From positions 356,593-420,592 of the forward strand of contig JAAEQR010000142.1 of assembly GCA_024231215.1 (NCBI GenBank): a DNA stretch of 64,000 nucleotides, given 5' to 3'. This DNA is from PVC group bacterium. Its GTDB lineage: Bacteria > Omnitrophota > Gorgyraeia > B26-G9. The translations under genes were made by a program, and so were the position numbers. Of this stretch, positions 10,118 through 20,197 are shown piece after piece. Positions within the stretch are counted from its first letter, which is position 1. Every line of letters starts with the position of its first letter. The notes beneath the pieces are model-generated. The model was not told the DNA's origin, searched no databases, and was given only the letters and a program-made list of their open reading frames with translations.

Positions 10118-11096
10118 TTTGCTCTTTTCGTTTATTTGTAAGCCGCATCAAAAATTTTCGGGACCGAAACCCCTCATTTTGAGCCTGCGCCATAAGATGG
10201 GAATAAATGTACCACTGAAAAGATTCTTTTTTTATGAATTTAGAAATAATCCAAAGCCATAAAGGTAAAACTTTACTGTTAAAAAACAATTCCCGAAGAA
10301 CTTCTTTGATAATTTTCTCCAATGACGAATAATCACGTAAACCAAATTCAAACAAAACATTTCTTTCATCAGTTAATTTTGATTCCCAGATTGCCAGTGC
10401 CGCCCCCAGCCTTTTATTATGCAAGATAAAGGGCTTGGGATCCTCAAAAATATGATAATGATAAACACAAGCATTAGGGTTATACTTAATACGCAGCCCT
10501 TTTTTTCCCAGGCGATGTCCTAACTCTCTATCTTCGTGAGCAGCATAAGGAAAATCTTCATCGAACAGCCCGTTATTTATTAAAAAATCTTTCTTGGCCG
10601 AAATATTACAGGTTATGAAATCAATCGGTCTAGCTTCCTCTAACCCTTTTATTTTATCAAACTCACCAATTAAATAGTGACTGGCAAATATAGGCACTGG
10701 AATACCCTCAGCCCAGGTAGCATATCCTAAGATTGCTATGTTTTCATCAGGCCATTTTTTATGGCAAATAACATGTTGTTCGAGAAAATCATCGGCCGGG
10801 ATAGTATCATCATTGATAAAAAGAACCAGAGGATATTTTGCTTCTTTAATACCTCGATTTCTGGCAATAGCTGGGCCCTTATTTTCCTGAAATAAGTAGC
10901 GTATGCTAATCTTGCACGACTGGCAATACTGCAAAATGCTCTCTCTGGTCCCGTCAGTAGAACCATCATCGACAATAATTATTTCAAAATTTGAAAGAGA
11001 AAAAGTCTGCCTATTAAAAGCATCCAGGACACGAAATAATACATCTTTTCGATTATAAGTCGGCATAATTACTGTAAGCATATCAAACCTCAACAT
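10107..11096 (-). CDS. Glycosyltransferase family 2
   Basis: VIMPTYNR, VDDGSTDGT, GPAIARNRG, FINDD, HEDRELGHRL. Confidence 0.92.
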   Translation of the reverse strand: MLRFDMLTVIMPTYNRKDVLFRVLDAFNRQTFSLSNFEIIIVDDGSTDGTRESILQYCQSCKISIRYLFQENKGPAIARNRGIKEAKYPLVLFINDDTIPADDFLEQHVICHKKWPDENIAILGYATWAEGIPVPIFASHYLIGEFDKIKGLEEARPIDFITCNISAKKDFLINNGLFDEDFPYAAHEDRELGHRLGKKGLRIKYNPNACVYHYHIFEDPKPFILHNKRLGAALAIWESKLTDERNVLFEFGLRDYSSLEKIIKEVLRELFFNSKVLPLWLWIISKFIKKESFQWYIYSHLMAQAQNEGFRSRKFLMRLTNKRKEQNVS

Positions 11097-11126
11097 TAAG
11101 ATTGTCTCAAAAAATTATATTGAAAA

Positions 11127-12011
11127 TCAAATAGGCGAAGAACTATCACAAATAAAATCAGCTAATTGGCAAAGCAACCCCGGAGATTCTAAAGCGCCTA
11201 CAGAATTCTTGGCCAAGGATATCTTTTTACGCGCCATTTTACGGACTTTTCTCTGTCCATGAACAGCAACATAAGACATTTTTCTCTGTTTTTTATCTTC
11301 ATCCGTTACTGTACTAATTTTTTTCTTGAATTCGGCAGCATCCAGTAAATCATCAAATATTTGGACAGCTATTGCAATATTTTTAGCATACGTTGTCAAA
11401 GCTTCTAACTCATTTTCATTTGCACCTGATACAATGGCTCCGCTTTTAACAGCAACATTGATCAATTCTCCTGTTTTATGAGAGCATATGTATTCAAGAA
11501 CATCCTTATCCATGAATTTTCCCCTGGAAAACATATCAACCACTTGACCGGCAATCAAACCTGTCATCCCGATAGATTTTGAGAGTTCCTGCATCAAATG
11601 TAACGCCAATGTAGCTTCCTTATAGCCATTGCTTACAAGTGCAAAAGCAGAACTTAATAAGCAATCACCCGCAACAACAGCCATATTTTCCCCGTACACT
11701 TTATGATTAGTGAGTTTTCCATAACGATAATCTCTATTTCCTGTTGCTGGCAAATCTTCATGAATAAAAAAGCCTGTATAAATGAGTTCAATTGCACAGG
11801 CAACAGGCATAAGCATTTCTGCCTTGCCTCCAATAATCTGGCCGGTAGCAATACATAGTAGTGCCGGCCTGAGGCGTTTACCACCGGCAAATATACTATA
11901 GCGCATTGCTTCAATCAGAATTTTTGGAATTCCTGCTTTTGGTTGAAGATATTCGTCCAAAGCTCTATCGATATCATTTTGTGTATTATCTAAATATGTT
12001 ATTATTTCCAT
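11127..12011 (-). CDS. Polyprenyl (FPP/GGPP) synthase-like protein with degenerate first Asp-rich motif
   Basis: GGKRLRP, GQVVDM, HKTGELI, QIFDDLLD present; first motif reads IHEDLPATGNRDYRYG instead of IHDDLPxMDxDDxRRG. Confidence 0.85.
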   Translation of the reverse strand: MEIITYLDNTQNDIDRALDEYLQPKAGIPKILIEAMRYSIFAGGKRLRPALLCIATGQIIGGKAEMLMPVACAIELIYTGFFIHEDLPATGNRDYRYGKLTNHKVYGENMAVVAGDCLLSSAFALVSNGYKEATLALHLMQELSKSIGMTGLIAGQVVDMFSRGKFMDKDVLEYICSHKTGELINVAVKSGAIVSGANENELEALTTYAKNIAIAVQIFDDLLDAAEFKKKISTVTDEDKKQRKMSYVAVHGQRKVRKMARKKISLAKNSVGALESPGLLCQLADFICDSSSPI

Positions 12012-12045
12012 TTTTAAACCTTTTGCCTCCCCAATTATTTAAAAA

Positions 12046-12933
12046 TTAACTCTTTTTATATATGCCAATAGCAAAGCCAATTCCCCAATAAACTAAACCC
12101 ATTGCAAACAATACCAATACCAAAGGCCTTTTTGTGATTACTTGTGGCTGATATCTTAAAAAAACGATACCTGTTCTGATAAATTTTACAACCGCTAAAA
12201 GTGGAACCAGCAATAGCCCGAGCAAAGAATTGCGCGCGATAAACGAACCTTCCAGGTTAACTACTTTCATCACTTTCGCGGTTATTTCCCCGATTTTCCG
12301 CTGATGAACGAAAAATTCTTTTAAATTAGACCGATGCAGATGCCTGACCTGAATATCTGGTGAAAAAATAATTTTCTCACCCTTCTGCCGTAAATTATAA
12401 TTAAAAACCAGATCTTCTTGAGGATAGTACTTTCCGTCAAAAAATCCAAACTTCTCAAAGATGTCTTTTTTATAGGAAATATTACACGTTGGTATATGGA
12501 CTGCCTCATGTCTGGGGGCTCCGGGAAGAAACTCACGAAATTCCGCAATATACCCAGCCCAGCCAATCAGATCACTTTCCTCATTAGCTATATCTACCGC
12601 ACCTCCTACAACATTATACCCTTGATCATAAGCAGTTTCTATGTTTTTCAGCCAATCATAACTGGCAATACAATCCGAATCAATAAATGCAATAATTTCC
12701 CCTTTAGCTTTCTCTATTCCCAAATTACGAGCAGTCCCCGGATCTGTTTTTTCTTCTAAGTGGGTCAATTTAGTATCAGGATATTCTTGTCTTACAATAT
12801 TCGGAGTATTATCATCAGAACTATCCACTAGAATTATTTCATATTCGTTTTCATAGGATTGGTTTTTGAGAGAATCAATACATTTTCCAATCGTCTGCTC
12901 AGAATTATATGAAGGAATAACTATTGAAATCAC
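12046..12933 (-). CDS. Glycosyltransferase family 2 with C-terminal TM segments
   Basis: ISIVIPSYN, PGTARNLG, FIDSDC, QEDLVF; GTG start overlaps the upstream TGA. Confidence 0.9.
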   Translation of the reverse strand: MISIVIPSYNSEQTIGKCIDSLKNQSYENEYEIILVDSSDDNTPNIVRQEYPDTKLTHLEEKTDPGTARNLGIEKAKGEIIAFIDSDCIASYDWLKNIETAYDQGYNVVGGAVDIANEESDLIGWAGYIAEFREFLPGAPRHEAVHIPTCNISYKKDIFEKFGFFDGKYYPQEDLVFNYNLRQKGEKIIFSPDIQVRHLHRSNLKEFFVHQRKIGEITAKVMKVVNLEGSFIARNSLLGLLLVPLLAVVKFIRTGIVFLRYQPQVITKRPLVLVLFAMGLVYWGIGFAIGIYKKS

Positions 12934-13763
12934 TTTTTTGACTCCTTTGGAGCAAAAATTAAATACTGATGATGTGCCCATAGTTTTTGGATAAGATACG
13001 GCGAATTTTCAAGCCAAGAATGTTTCATTATTTCTATTTCCATCTGCGGGTTCTTTCCGCTAAAATAATCAAGAATACACAAATAATCATTCTGCCCTAA
13101 GCTATCTTTCTTAGGTTTAATACCTATCTTAGCTAAAAGTTCCTCTTTTTTCATAGCAATATCAGGCCACCAAGGAGTATCTAAATACCCCTGTTTTTGC
13201 AAATTCCAGCCTAAGTTCTTTAAAAAACTTTTTATCTTATTCGCATCTATATGCTCTGGATATGGAATACCCTCTTGCTTAGCATCTTTCATCCTCATTT
13301 TACAAAATACATTTGATTTATTAGGAATACAAATAAAAATGACTTTTCGGCTTACCCGGCTCAACTCCCTTAAAAAATTATCAAGCTTCGAGATATACCA
13401 CAAAGCCGCAAAATTCCAGCTTAGATCAAAAGCCTTATCATCAAACGGTAAAACTTTATTATCAATAGCACAATGTTCAATATGTACAGCTAAAGCTACT
13501 TCTTGCCAAACATCCTTGATCTTATGAATCCTTTCCTCATCAAAATCAGTAATAGTCACTGGAATTTTCTTAGCTACCCACCATAGGCTATTAATGCCAG
13601 AAACTCCCGTCATCCCAAAGCTAGGTGTTTCGAGAACATTCTCAATCCCATATTTATTTTTCATATCTTCAAAATAACCATGCAAAATAAATCGTTCATA
13701 AGTCGATCCCAAACCCTCATGATGGTTTTTAAAATAATCACCCCAAGTAGTGCTAATTGCCAT
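12930..13763 (-). CDS. Class I SAM-dependent methyltransferase-like protein
   Basis: LPFDDKAFDLSWNFAALWY and FLRELSRVS resemble Methyltransf_11 motifs; the glycine-rich motif is atypical (LETPSFGMTGVSG). Confidence 0.6.
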   Translation of the reverse strand: MAISTTWGDYFKNHHEGLGSTYERFILHGYFEDMKNKYGIENVLETPSFGMTGVSGINSLWWVAKKIPVTITDFDEERIHKIKDVWQEVALAVHIEHCAIDNKVLPFDDKAFDLSWNFAALWYISKLDNFLRELSRVSRKVIFICIPNKSNVFCKMRMKDAKQEGIPYPEHIDANKIKSFLKNLGWNLQKQGYLDTPWWPDIAMKKEELLAKIGIKPKKDSLGQNDYLCILDYFSGKNPQMEIEIMKHSWLENSPYLIQKLWAHHQYLIFAPKESKK

Positions 13764-13775
13764 ACTTGCCTCTTT

Positions 13776-15317
13776 CTAGTTTTTTATTCGATATACCGGA
13801 CATAATGGCGAATCAATAATTTTCTCAAACTCAGCTCCATCCCCCATAAGTTTTTTAGCGAGACTGTTCGCCTGAGAAAGCGTTCTATTTAATAGTTGTT
13901 TTTTTTGAATACGCTCCGCCCCCCATAACTTCTTAGCTAGCGGTGAGGGCCAATAAAGACTTTCTGAAAAATAAACTGTCCTTCCTTTGAAAAGCTCCTC
14001 AGCCGAATCAACTAAATTAAAAAAATCTCTAACATTTGATGACCAGTTTAGCCAAAAACTTTCCTCTAACCTATTAATTGTCTGCTTATTTGGATACCGA
14101 GTGTCTCGGATAAGCATATTCGGCCGGCCGCTAAGAATAAAAATGTTTTCTTTGTCATTTACTGAATACCAGTAGCAAACACCGAAATTATATTTTGAGA
14201 ACATTATCGCTCTAGGCTCATATATTTCATGTAACTCTGCTACAACTCTCTGTATTTCTACAGCATTCCTTTTTTCCTCAGATACTAACATATTCAATGA
14301 CACCACTAAATAAAAAAACAACACAACTGCAACAAGTGCCTTCCCCTGATTCTTTTTCTTAAACAGTTTAATAATTCCTTCAGACGCAAAAAAACTAACT
14401 GGTATAAATGTTATTATGAGATGGTCTCCGGAAAGCAATCCTAAGTTAAAAATATATAATAAAAACGGCAAGAACCAGGCCCCAAAGAAAATTAATACTT
14501 TTCTGTTTTCTTTTAACAAAACAACCACTCCCCCTAAAGCAAACAGGGAAATTATGTTAAAAGAAACGCCATACACTTTAGCCAACTCAAAAAAAACATA
14601 TCCGCTTATCTCAAAAAAATTAACTGTTTTCACAAAAAGTTCCGGAACAAAAACAGCCGCTGCAAAAACCTCCACAACCCTTTCCGGTTTACACAAGAAT
14701 AAAACTGCTAAAATCAAAAAAGGCAATAAAAACTTAAATAGCCCTATTTTCCCAGCTTTCTTTTGCACCACGAGACATCCCAAAGGAAACAATGCCAATA
14801 ATGAGGTAGGCGTTATAGAACAAGCGACAACTTCAAATAAACCGGCCGCCAAGAAATGTCCCTTAAGGATTAAAATTGCTGCCAACATTATCACAGCCAA
14901 CTGCGGGATATATACCTCCCCATGCAAAGAAAACAACATAAATGTTCCAGAAAATAATAAGATAAATGCGGCAATCAGACTTTGCAAACGATTATTCGTA
15001 AAATTAAGCGTCAGCATATACATACAAACAACACAAATAGCCGAAGCCAACACGGAAAGATATCCGAGAGTAAGCAAGGAACTAGCCCCCCCCATTCTCA
15101 TAAAAAAATGCATAATTGCCCCAATAACATAATAACCAAAATGGACAACCGTAGCATCAAAGCTCGACAAACTGCGAGCATATGTATAGGTATCACCATT
15201 TGCCGGCGGATGAATCATAAAAAATGGCAAAACAACAAGTACCCCTAGGAATAGAAGGGTTTCTATTTTATGTTTTTCCCAATTCTTTTTTAAAAATTTA
15301 GAGATTTTATTTTTCAT
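13776..15317 (-). CDS. Polytopic membrane protein, GT-C/DUF2723-like glycosyltransferase
   Basis: About 11 TM segments, early acidic loop (GDTYTY...HFGY), GEVY motif, soluble C-terminal domain; located in the same cluster as Dpm1. Confidence 0.55.
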   Translation of the reverse strand: MKNKISKFLKKNWEKHKIETLLFLGVLVVLPFFMIHPPANGDTYTYARSLSSFDATVVHFGYYVIGAIMHFFMRMGGASSLLTLGYLSVLASAICVVCMYMLTLNFTNNRLQSLIAAFILLFSGTFMLFSLHGEVYIPQLAVIMLAAILILKGHFLAAGLFEVVACSITPTSLLALFPLGCLVVQKKAGKIGLFKFLLPFLILAVLFLCKPERVVEVFAAAVFVPELFVKTVNFFEISGYVFFELAKVYGVSFNIISLFALGGVVVLLKENRKVLIFFGAWFLPFLLYIFNLGLLSGDHLIITFIPVSFFASEGIIKLFKKKNQGKALVAVVLFFYLVVSLNMLVSEEKRNAVEIQRVVAELHEIYEPRAIMFSKYNFGVCYWYSVNDKENIFILSGRPNMLIRDTRYPNKQTINRLEESFWLNWSSNVRDFFNLVDSAEELFKGRTVYFSESLYWPSPLAKKLWGAERIQKKQLLNRTLSQANSLAKKLMGDGAEFEKIIDSPLCPVYRIKN

Positions 15318-16293
15318 CAGTAATCGCCTCTAAATATGCAGTAAATTTTTTTTCTGTGTCGGAAAACTCGAAATTATTTCCAGAATCAGGCTGCGTCGGC
15401 AAATAATACCAATCTTTTGACAACAACTGCATCCTAACACTCCACTTTTCATTTTTTATAAATTTAAAAATCAAATTAGCGACAGAAAAACATATATCTG
15501 GGATCTTCAACATTCGGGGATATTTCTTCTTATAAAAATTAAAATAAATCAAATCTGCTAATCTGCTTAAAATGATAGATTGCTTATCGGCAATAACAAA
15601 CACGTTACTTTTTTTAATATCAGCTGATAAAAAAAAGCTGAAAACTTCTGCTAGTTTTTCCACATCAAGAAGATGGATTTTAGTATCGTGTGAAGGAAGA
15701 ACCAACATCCTCCTTCGTATCAGCTTTATTAAAATAGAAGAGAATCCGTTATCATTCTTTCCGTAAGTTATTGTCGGTCGAATAATTACCGCATCTAACC
15801 CCTTTTTTACAAACTCCTGCACCGTCTGCTCAGCTTTAGCCTTAGAATTATGATAATCATTATCCGGAGCTAATACCGTATCTATATCCGCCGGAACCTT
15901 TTGGGGGATAGTTCCCAACACTCCGACCGAACTACAAAAAATAAACCGCTTAATCCGATGTTCTAATGAAGCTTCAAGTAAAATTTGCGTACCTTTAACA
16001 TTGACTTGCTCATAGAGATGCTGCAGTCCTGCTCCGGTCCCGCGTAATGCAGCACAGTGAATAACATAAGCTATGGGGAATTTTTCAAATATATCTAAAA
16101 CTGTTTTCTTATTATGGAATTCTCCTTTTACAAGAATAACTTCTTTTGTTTTTAATTGCTCTGTATTTTTATAATTAACATCCTCCCGAACAATAGCAAC
16201 AATATTATATATATTTTGTTCTATTAACTTTTCCGCAATATGAGAACCTATAAATCCAGTTGCTCCAGTTATAAACACACATTCTTTATTCAT
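15307..16293 (-). CDS. NAD-dependent epimerase/dehydratase (extended SDR)
   Basis: ITGATGFIG, HCAA, YHNSK (YxxxK), IIRPTITYG. Confidence 0.9.
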   Translation of the reverse strand: MNKECVFITGATGFIGSHIAEKLIEQNIYNIVAIVREDVNYKNTEQLKTKEVILVKGEFHNKKTVLDIFEKFPIAYVIHCAALRGTGAGLQHLYEQVNVKGTQILLEASLEHRIKRFIFCSSVGVLGTIPQKVPADIDTVLAPDNDYHNSKAKAEQTVQEFVKKGLDAVIIRPTITYGKNDNGFSSILIKLIRRRMLVLPSHDTKIHLLDVEKLAEVFSFFLSADIKKSNVFVIADKQSIILSRLADLIYFNFYKKKYPRMLKIPDICFSVANLIFKFIKNEKWSVRMQLLSKDWYYLPTQPDSGNNFEFSDTEKKFTAYLEAITDEK

Positions 16294-16294
16294 T

Positions 16295-17371
16295 TCATCT
16301 TAACCTCAAAAAATTCCATCCTACCCGGCATAATGTCTTTGCATGATGCAAAATATTCGTATAGCTGGCATTAGCCAATGGACAATAGCATTCTTTGTTC
16401 TTAATACACTTTCGTGCTTTATTCGCCTCTTCAGAAAACCAGACCTTTTTAAAATCGTAATCCGCTTCTCTCAGGTTACCAATACATTTTGCTGTTATAC
16501 AACACATCCAGACATCACCCTCAGGCGCTACCTGCGCGGAAGCAAAACCAGCAAAACACGGGATAACCTGACGATGCTCCCGTAAAATCTGTTTCACCAT
16601 GCGATAATACTCAATGCGAAACACTCTAGTAATTTTCCCTGCTTTACTAAAATCACCGGTTTTCAGTTTGTCGCTAAGGAAATCTACAGCTTTTGCATAT
16701 TCCTGATAATCAGGAGAAATTCCGGCATTCATGGTTCCAAGCTCCTGACGCTCTTCGGCAATTTCCGTAACATAGGAATCCGGCTTCAATGCACTTAAAT
16801 GCTCGTAAATTTCCGGAATACGCGAAACATTAAATCTCGAAATTACAGTGTGAATACCCACGGAAAGATTCGGTAGTTTAAGCGCTTTCAAAGCAAAAAA
16901 TGTCTTTTTAGCCTTTTCATAATTTCCCGGAACTCCGCGAATAACATCATGCCTTTCTCCGATATCGTCGATAGAAACATTAATCACTATCTGAGACTTC
17001 TTGCAATACTCAGCAATCGTTTTAACCAAATCCGGGATTTTATCTGCCAGCAAACCGTTTGTAGGGATATTAATAATTGCCGGGCCACAATCCTGATATA
17101 AAGAACATACAATCTGTTCGATATCACTGCGAAGAAACGGTTCTCCCCCGCTTATTGTTACCCATACAACACTTTTGCCAAATTTTTTAATTATTTTTTT
17201 CCACTCTACCAGGGATAATTCCTCAGACTTTTTTTTGTATATATTACAGGTTTTACAACTTGAGTTACACTGATAACTGAGACTAAGGGTAAGATTCATC
17301 GGCAGTTTACGAGGATAACTAAACAAGCGAAATAAATAGTATCCAGGAATTTTTGAAATTACTTTCAGCAT
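16295..17371 (-). CDS. Radical SAM protein with SPASM/twitch domain
   Basis: CNSSCKTC, SGGEPFLR, PCFAG...GDVWMCC...IGNL, C-terminal CYC. Confidence 0.9.
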   Translation of the reverse strand: MLKVISKIPGYYLFRLFSYPRKLPMNLTLSLSYQCNSSCKTCNIYKKKSEELSLVEWKKIIKKFGKSVVWVTISGGEPFLRSDIEQIVCSLYQDCGPAIINIPTNGLLADKIPDLVKTIAEYCKKSQIVINVSIDDIGERHDVIRGVPGNYEKAKKTFFALKALKLPNLSVGIHTVISRFNVSRIPEIYEHLSALKPDSYVTEIAEERQELGTMNAGISPDYQEYAKAVDFLSDKLKTGDFSKAGKITRVFRIEYYRMVKQILREHRQVIPCFAGFASAQVAPEGDVWMCCITAKCIGNLREADYDFKKVWFSEEANKARKCIKNKECYCPLANASYTNILHHAKTLCRVGWNFLRLR

Positions 17372-17373
17372 AT

Positions 17374-18264
17374 TTAATCCCACTTCTTAGTTGAAGTGGA
17401 AATCTCCCATATAAAGGGATTGTTCTTACGAACATAGAAATCATAATACCCTAGAGCTCGGCTATAAAGCTCTAAGCATATAGCTCCTATAGCCCACATA
17501 TTCTTTTTCATATCCCACCAATATTTTTTCTTTAAGATAAGCTCAATCATGCTTCTTGCCGGATTCTGAGTGCTTACTTTGTAATTTCGTGTCTTTTTCA
17601 AATACTCATGTCCGGCAGTTATCCGTCTTCTTTGTCTAATAAAATCACGTATCGTCTCTGGGCCTTTATTATAAACAATCGCGTCCTCAACATACGCAAG
17701 GTTATATCCTTCTTTTCTTACAATAGATTCAATACTTGCTTCGTCCACTGCCGTATCATTAGATATGGATCTGACAAAATTTCTAAACGCCACCAATTCT
17801 CCCAACTTTGGAGTTATAAGTGCCACCTGATGGTGTTTCAACCAGAGGAAATGAACTGTAAAACCTATAAAGGTATCCTGAGAATTAACTGGAATCGAAC
17901 GAGCCCCTGTCATTCCGATAGAAGAATCTTTGAACGGAGCAATCAGTTTATTGAAGGTTCCTTTCGCAGGAACCGTATCCGCACTTTCTAGAATAAATAT
18001 GTCTCCTGAGGCATCAGCAAGAAAAAGATTTATTGCCGATGCTTTCCCTTGCCGTGTTGGCTGGGAAATAAGTCTAATACTCTTATCTTTAGCAATAAAA
18101 GAACGGACAATATCTTCAGTACTGTCTGTACATCCTGATGCAACAACAATAATTTCCTTCAGAACAGCATCGCACAATTCCTGTGCTAATGCTGTCTCTA
18201 GCAAGCGACCAATGTTGCCTTCCTCATTATAAGCCATTATTCCTAAAGATACATTCGTCATCAT
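17374..18264 (-). CDS. Glycosyltransferase family 2
   Basis: IMAYNEE, ASGCTDST, GKASAIN, ESADT, RQRRRI (QxxRW-like). Confidence 0.88.
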   Translation of the reverse strand: MMTNVSLGIMAYNEEGNIGRLLETALAQELCDAVLKEIIVVASGCTDSTEDIVRSFIAKDKSIRLISQPTRQGKASAINLFLADASGDIFILESADTVPAKGTFNKLIAPFKDSSIGMTGARSIPVNSQDTFIGFTVHFLWLKHHQVALITPKLGELVAFRNFVRSISNDTAVDEASIESIVRKEGYNLAYVEDAIVYNKGPETIRDFIRQRRRITAGHEYLKKTRNYKVSTQNPARSMIELILKKKYWWDMKKNMWAIGAICLELYSRALGYYDFYVRKNNPFIWEISTSTKKWD

Positions 18265-19040
18265 TTGTCTTCATTTTGGGAACCACTAGCTACAAATTCA
18301 TCATAATTTTTAAAAAGATACGACAAATGCTTAATTATTTTCTTAAATGGCGCACGAAAGCGTAACGTTATCCAAAATGCTTCTTTTACAACATTACGGG
18401 ATATTTTAGAATCACCATGTTTTCTCTCTTTAAAAAGAATCGGAATTTCGTGAACACTGAAGTTGTTTTTGAATGTCAAATGTATCATCTCTATCTGAAA
18501 AGCATAACCATCTGACTTTATGCTATCAAGATCTATCTTTTCCAACACTTTCCGATTATAACATCTATATCCAGCAGTAAAATCCCATATTGGTTTGACC
18601 ATTACATACGAAACATACATATTTGCAAATTTGCTAAGCAACAGCCTTCGGAATTTCCATCCCTCGACCCTTACCCCATTTACATACCTGCTTCCAATAA
18701 TTAAATCATACTTCTTTGCTGCCTCAAGAAAATCCTGTAGATACTTGGGATCATGAGAAAAATCCGCATCTATTTCAAAAATCAGATCAGCTTCCTTCGC
18801 CAGAGCTACCTTAAACCCTGTTACATACGCTGTACCCAGTCCCATTTTTTCGGGACGATGTAATACATTTATTCGGGGATCCTGTTTGGCCAGATTATCA
18901 GCAATATCTCCGGTACCATCCGGTGAATTATCATCAACTATGATTAGATTAAATTCAGGCTGAAGCGCAAAAATCTGCGTAACAAACTCTTCAAGATTTT
19001 TAGCTTCATTATATGTTGGAATAACCGCAAACACTTTCAT
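18261..19040 (-). CDS. Polyprenol monophosphomannose synthase (Dpm1/Ppm1-like GT2)
   Basis: VIPTYNE, VDDNSPDGTG, GLGTAY, IDADFSHDP, GSRY, GYAFQIEM, F.ER..G.SK. Confidence 0.92.
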   Translation of the reverse strand: MKVFAVIPTYNEAKNLEEFVTQIFALQPEFNLIIVDDNSPDGTGDIADNLAKQDPRINVLHRPEKMGLGTAYVTGFKVALAKEADLIFEIDADFSHDPKYLQDFLEAAKKYDLIIGSRYVNGVRVEGWKFRRLLLSKFANMYVSYVMVKPIWDFTAGYRCYNRKVLEKIDLDSIKSDGYAFQIEMIHLTFKNNFSVHEIPILFKERKHGDSKISRNVVKEAFWITLRFRAPFKKIIKHLSYLFKNYDEFVASGSQNEDK

Positions 19041-19427
19041 ATAAATTTCTCACTTTTTCATCAACACATTGAAAGTACTTATGTTAAACATTTTACATCA
19101 TATACAGATAAGTAACAAGTGATTTTAAAATATATCATGATTCCTTATAGGTTGCAAATATACTCGCAAATTATTATGCGATTTCTTTACAAATTTCGAT
19201 ATATCAACTCACAACACATTAAAAACAAAGAGCTTGAAAGAAATCTGCCCACTAATCAAAAATTGTAGATTCTTTATAACCGGTACAAAAAATAACTCTG
19301 CAGGATATTTAATAAATAAGCGTTCACACCCAAAAACCAACAAGCTAATTCCTTTTATTTCAATATTTTAGCAGTAAATATTTTTTCTTTCTTTATCTCT
19401 CAATCGTTATAAGATATAATAAAAATT

Positions 19428-20195
19428 ATGAAGATATTGAAAATACTCCTCTTATGCTTAATTTTAAGTTATTTTAGGCCGGTCCTCCTAGGAGCAGATG
19501 TTATCTATTTAAAAAACGGCAGAACCATGGAAGGCTTGATAAAAAAAGAAACTCCTGAATATATAGAGTTAGAGCTGGGGTTTGGAATAACTAAACTAAA
19601 AAAAAGCAAAATTAAAAAAATCAAACGCTCTCAGGGAAAAGAGATCGAACTCATGCAGGAAACATGGGAAGTAGAAGCCAAAGAACGCCAACTAAAAAAA
19701 GCAGAGTATCTTGAAGCAGAAGCAAAACGAAACACCGAACAAGCAGTAAAAAGAAACGCAGCAAAGAAAATCGATACAATTGTAAAAAAAATATCCAAAA
19801 AAAGTGTCGTTCAATATATAGAAAAAAGAAACAGTATCGGAGTAAACGCGCTGATAAATGAAGAACTTCGCGCAAAATTAATTGTCGATACAGGCGCTAC
19901 AAGTATACTCTTAACCCTAGAATTCGCCGAGCAGTTAAACATCGATCTCTATAATGCAAAAGAAATCAAGATAAAACTTGCAGACGGCCGCATCTCAAAA
20001 GCAAAAGCCATAACATTAGATAGTGTGAAAGTTCAGGATATGGAGGTCAAACGGGTAGATGCTGTTATTTTACTCGAAGAAGACACTTTTTCATACTGGG
20101 ACGGATTATTAGGCATGTCTTTCCTGAATAATTTCATCTTCCGGATAGATGCTCAAAACAAACAATTAATACTGGAAACAGAAGTGGATAAGTAA
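19428..20195 (+). CDS. Exported retropepsin-like (clan AA) aspartic protease
   Basis: Signal peptide, DVIYLKNG N-terminal module, catalytic LIVDTGAT, DGLLGMSFL. Confidence 0.85.
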   Translation: MKILKILLLCLILSYFRPVLLGADVIYLKNGRTMEGLIKKETPEYIELELGFGITKLKKSKIKKIKRSQGKEIELMQETWEVEAKERQLKKAEYLEAEAKRNTEQAVKRNAAKKIDTIVKKISKKSVVQYIEKRNSIGVNALINEELRAKLIVDTGATSILLTLEFAEQLNIDLYNAKEIKIKLADGRISKAKAITLDSVKVQDMEVKRVDAVILLEEDTFSYWDGLLGMSFLNNFIFRIDAQNKQLILETEVDK

Positions 20196-20197
20196 CT

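Noticed and set aside
14416-15132. 238-aa + strand ORF (and many other short antisense ORFs)
   Set aside because: Shadow frames of well-supported genes on the opposite strand; composition reflects reverse-complemented hydrophobic codons and there are no motifs
1-19040. Assignment as a hopanoid, carotenoid or canonical archaeal ether-lipid cluster
   Set aside because: No shc/hpnCDE, crtB/crtI, GGGP synthase or G1P dehydrogenase visible in the window; the cluster is truncated, so this is not fully excluded
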